DNA of 8,937 nucleotides from a virus (Duplodnaviria; Heunggongvirae; Uroviricota; Caudoviricetes): IMG/VR virus record IMGVR_UViG_3300014535_000098; one strand, 5' to 3'. Shown piece by piece: positions 8,513 to 8,937 of this stretch (position 1 is its first letter; each line of letters starts with the position of its first letter). The notes under the pieces were generated by a model. It saw only the letters and a program-made list of their open reading frames with translations, ran no database searches and was not told where the DNA came from. The position numbers and the translations under genes were made by a program.

Positions 8513-8583
8513 TGGCTCACAGTCCGCCAGCGTTCTTCCGCTTTAATATTGTTCCAGACAATTTCCAGTTCTTCACACGACAT
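8513..8583 (-). other. cysE: Orphaned cysE 5' end: native ribosome-binding site, ATG and first 16 codons, out of frame with the gene body
   Basis: Minus-strand ATG at 8583-8581 preceded by GGAGT encodes MSCEELEIVWNNIKAE, matching the CysE N-terminus as I recall it, then continues ERWRTVSQCWPVFTTQRYSSMKTLAVH and stops. The two ATGs (8583 and 8512) are 71 nt apart, where 75 nt (25 codons) is needed to stay in frame. Confidence 0.7.
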
Positions 8584-8662
8584 TGCTTACTCCACACGAT
8601 GAGATAATGACCGGCTCGTTCTGCGCGAGCCGGGTCATAGCGGTAACAAAGGTTCCCTGGGT

Positions 8663-8937
8663 TTAGTGGCTACTGCGCTCGTCCTTGCGTGCACGACCTA
8701 ATAAAGTCAATGCTGCCTCGCGCGCGTTTTTTCCGCAATATAATACTTGATAAATTTCCTCGGTTATTGGCATTTCAACGCCGAAGCGATGCGCCAGTTC
8801 GCGGACTTCTTTCGTATTGCGGTAGCCTTCCACCACTTGACCAATTTTCTCCTGCGCGCTTTGTACATCCATGCCCTGACCGAGCATCATGCCAAAACGG
8901 CGGTTACGCGACTGGGTGTCGGTACCGGGCAGCACCA
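8663..8937 (-). CDS. gpsA: NAD(P)H-dependent glycerol-3-phosphate dehydrogenase GpsA, 3'-terminal ~90 codons (gene continues beyond the window end)
   Basis: The minus-strand ORF ends ...[31 protein letters not shown] with stop TAA at 8665-8663, recognised as the GpsA C-terminus. The frame is open to the window edge, and position upstream of cysE matches the known gpsA-cysE order. Confidence 0.92.
   Translation of the reverse strand, partial: VLPGTDTQSRNRRFGMMLGQGMDVQSAQEKIGQVVEGYRNTKEVRELAHRFGVEMPITEEIYQVLYCGKNAREAALTLLGRARKDERSSH

Noticed and set aside
1-8937. Search for a novel defence, toxin-antitoxin or mobile system
   Set aside because: Every sizeable ORF is accounted for by a recognisable housekeeping or adhesin gene, the intergenic spaces are filled by REP elements, a terminator and a known promoter, and there is no integrase, transposase, tRNA target site or unexplained multi-gene cassette.

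Overview
This window is an ordinary, well-characterised enterobacterial (E. coli-type) chromosomal segment, and I found no novel system in it. Gene order on the + strand: the 3' ~3.1 kb of a large trimeric autotransporter adhesin gene (UpaG/EhaG/SadA family, 5' end outside the window), a REP/BIME cluster and an intrinsic terminator, then the lldP-lldR-lldD L-lactate operon with its two LldR operator palindromes, then trmL. A REP element separates trmL from the convergent minus-strand genes cysE and gpsA (gpsA 3' end only). Gene identities rest on recognising the translated proteins from memory, since no database search was possible. There are no tRNA or rRNA genes, CRISPR arrays, IS elements, integrases or phage genes. 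The most notable observation is that cysE appears frameshifted: its ribosome-binding site and first 16 codons are out of frame with the rest of the gene, consistent with a 4-bp deletion. Other points of interest are near-identical 234/204-bp tandem repeats in the adhesin gene, the 126-bp spacing of the LldR operators, and a GC-rich hairpin that buries the trmL Shine-Dalgarno. The many antisense and alternate-frame ORFs in the track are rejected as artefacts.
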